From Macrostomum lignano (lineage: Eukaryota), in assembly GCA_002269645.1 (NCBI GenBank), contig NIVC01005144.1:1-24873 (forward strand): 24,873 nucleotides of DNA, read 5' to 3'. The number at the start of each line of letters is the position of its first letter. The stretch's first letter is position 1. The position numbers and the translations under genes were made by a program. Shown here in pieces: positions 22,036 to 24,873 of the stretch. The notes beneath the pieces are model-generated. The model was given only the letters and a program-made list of their open reading frames with translations, had not been told where the DNA came from and made no database searches.

Positions 22036-23413
22036 AGAGTTAACTGGACCTATAATTGAACTTTGATCGGATGTCATGCATATACTCTCGTGAATGTAAT
22101 CTGTTGAATTCGTTTGGTAAACCAACCTTTGTCACCACTTTGCTCCACGTATTTCTATGTTTGTCTGGTTTCCAATATGATCAAACTGTGTTCTACCGGC
22201 GTTAACTTAAGCAAATTTAGCTATTAGCTATTGTTAGGCCGGCAAGAAATTTCTTAAATTATTTTCTTAAATCCCTGGCACCATCGTTTGATCCACTTGT
22301 CTGTGTGATTGTTACTTTGATATTTTTTATGTTGTGTACCGCTTTCAGAAGCACAGGCAATATTTATCATCAAAGGAACGCTCACTTTCCCGAGCACCTG
22401 TAGTTTTCTGTCGTTGTGAAATCTCAGTCTTGTGTCAGCCGCCCCTCTAAAGGATTTTTTATTCAAACTAGCGCTCGTCTGCAGCTGTTTAGACTGCCCC
22501 CAACAGGTATTTAAATATAATTTTATTGTACCATAAATTGCACCATTATTACTTAAATTGCAGGATAACCAATCCACTTTCCTGTGGCACTTTCCACACA
22601 GAGAACTAGTAACTACTCGTAACTTAACGAGCTAAAATATCATGAATGCTACACAACAGTTTGTACTCAGCTTATTTTGACCAGTAAATTGACATTTGAT
22701 GAGAGTTAACCAAAAAATACAGAGTTCCAACATGTCAACAGTGTAAATTCAGAAGTACTCTGCAGAAAATTGAAGCAGCACGGCGCAGGGGCAAACATTT
22801 TCGTGGAAATTAACCCGAGCCTGGAAAGGTGCCGTGAATTCATCGACAAATTCAGTCTCTACACAAATTTCCGAATTCATCTTAAAAGCAACATCTAAAA
22901 GTACTAGGACTTACTATTGATAAATCAACTGATAACCAAGGGCAATAGGCTTTTAGCATAGCGAGCTAAAATAAAAATAGCTGCTTGTAAACAAGGTCGT
23001 GACAATCAAGCAACATAAGCTTTAGTTGATTACTACAATTTACAATAGAATACTCATCAATTTAATTAGTCACAAATTCAAATTTGACGACCAAGTAAAG
23101 ATTTGAATGCTCTCTATCACGGAATCCTCATGGTCGATTTTTTGCCCTGAAAGCGACTTTGACTACTAATTGGAATACGAGTTAGTAGAACCCCAGTCAG
23201 TGGAATACCAGTTACTTTCTACGTCTTGCTCAGGGACAACTGTTTTATTGGTCTTGCTTGTATTTACCTAAACTAATTTACGAGTAGAAGGTAGTCTAAC
23301 GCAACCTTTGAAAAGAGTCAACATTGGAAAGCATTTTCCTGGAGAAAGGATGCTTAAAATTAACGCATGCTTCTCCTGCTACTCTAGATGTCAAGCGCTT
23401 TCGAAGTGTACAT

Positions 23414-23622
23414 AGTGTGCATGCCTAACGATAAAAAAAGTTAGGGCCACTGTACACTCCTGTGTGAGTGTGTGTCTGTGCGTATGACTGCGTACGTATC
23501 CGCGCGCTTGTGTGCCTGCTCAGGGGAGTCGGCGGAATAGGCAGTAATGCCTCTCGCCGGTTGTGTGACAATGTCGCTTAAAGTGCGCCAGGGTGCACAC
23601 AGCCCCTGCCTGTAAAATGTTT
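23414..23622 (+). repeat. Dispersed structured repeat, copy 2, followed by a T-run
   Basis: Shares tgctcagg, gcggaa, ggttgtg, atgtcg, gcgccagg and cagccc blocks with 14735-14903. Confidence 0.7.
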
Positions 23623-24473
23623 TTTGAAATTTAAAAATCTATAGTCGAATTTTTTCCAAATCCCAATGAAATATTCTTAATAAAGGGTAATAAATCAACT
23701 TGACTGCATCAACACCTGGGGAGATAAGAAACTTTCAGAGAAAGCTTCACCTGCATGGTGAGTCAACTCATTTTTGTATAAATTTACATCATTTCGAATC
23801 AGCACATGGGCGGAATTTTAAATTGAATGATCGCTAGACTAACGCCTGTGTACGCAAGAGCTCAGGGATGCACTGAAACTACTAAACCATACGATTAAGT
23901 TAATCCTCCGCTGGCTTAGACACTACGGCAGAATGCAGTCGAAATCGATTTTGTTTGCTCATATAGTCACGCATCCTGAAGAGGATGAGGCGATAACGAA
24001 GGGGATTTCTTTAAGTGGCCACCGCAGGCTTTGTTTGGAGCCGGTGCGACCGCGCGAGTGCGACACCCCTGCGAGTTGTTTACACAGACCAAATAAAATG
24101 AGAAATGGGGGACTCACTTTAGCACCAGAGCTGGCTGCGATGGATAGCAAACACTTTCCGTGTTGAAATTCCAATGAAAGGTGACGAAATGCATTTTTCA
24201 CTTCATGACCAAGGCCAATTTTGATGTTTAGTCCACTCAGAAAATGCCACTCAGATGAAACTGTATAATTTATAACCATTATTTTGAACTTCTGATCTTT
24301 CGAGCAAGCTACCGTAATTCTGTGACTTTAAATAATCGAGCTGAACTCTTGTTACAAAATTATAGCAGAAAAATTCCTGATAAATGTATTCAAAACTTTG
24401 ACTGAGCCGGAATGAATGCGTCTCAAATCATAAACTTAACGGCGCTTGAAAAGAGAAAGCCGCGATCCAGATT

Positions 24474-24873
24474 TTATTGGTCGTCTAACAAGCCTTTCAT
24501 ATTGAATGCAAATTGCAGTAGATGCAATTTTATCATGGCCACAAGTGATGAAAGAGAGAGCAGATGGTCGAGAATAAATAGGTAAAAACACAAGAGTGAA
24601 CTCAAAGACTTGTCAGATTGTTGACCAGTCGCCTTCATAGTCTCGTGTCGCTGACAGATTGCATGGAAGGGCACTGGCGGCTGGCCAAGACGTCGCATTC
24701 CAGACGCCTTGGGTCGGAGCAGGCCGCTCTCCCGGTCAAATACATAACTGATTTCGTCCGGTCGCTCAACGCGGCTACTTCTGTCCATGACCAGAAGCGA
24801 GCGCAAAGCGTCAATCCTACCGTAGCTGCTGTGTTGATTTTTGAAGCTCTGCACGTCCTCGGCGTTGTTCGCA
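24474..24873 (-). CDS. Probable terminal exon of an unidentified gene entering from the right edge
   Basis: Frame is open from the window edge (ANNAEDVQSFKNQ...) to TAA at 24474; GC-rich codon-like first half, hydrophobic tail, AATAAA overlapping the stop; no family recognised. Confidence 0.4.
   Translation of the reverse strand, partial: ANNAEDVQSFKNQHSSYGRIDALRSLLVMDRSSRVERPDEISYVFDRESGLLRPKASGMRRLGQPPVPFHAICQRHETMKATGQQSDKSLSSLLCFYLFILDHLLSLSSLVAMIKLHLLQFAFNMKGLLDDQ

Noticed and set aside
24040-24080. GAGCCGGTGCG resembling group II intron domain V
   Set aside because: The complementary CGGTTC arm and GNRA loop are absent

Overview
Eukaryotic (invertebrate metazoan) genomic DNA. The style (GC-rich codons, poly-Q/P tracts, AT-rich spacers) suggests a flatworm such as Macrostomum, but that is inference only. 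Host genes: (1) the first two coding exons of a DEG/ENaC channel (- strand, runs off the left edge); (2) an intronless ZnT2/SLC30A2-like zinc exporter (- strand); (3) a complete five-exon histamine H1-like GPCR (+ strand, about 477 aa); (4) an unidentified - strand ORF at the right edge. Genes 1 and 2 each need one -1 frame change, and each is repaired by adding one A to an A-run. Positions 6426-11116 hold a decayed tyrosine-recombinase (DIRS/Ngaro-type) retrotransposon with an atypical repeat layout. Its RT is interrupted by a Ty3/Gypsy gag-protease fragment that has one LTR but a 5-bp TSD on both sides. The GPCR introns carry 15-bp, 20-bp and GATA arrays. The most unusual observation is a diverged dispersed repeat of about 170-210 nt (14735-14903 and 23414-23622) whose two copies keep several stems through compensatory substitutions, suggesting a structured RNA family. 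All alignments were done by eye.
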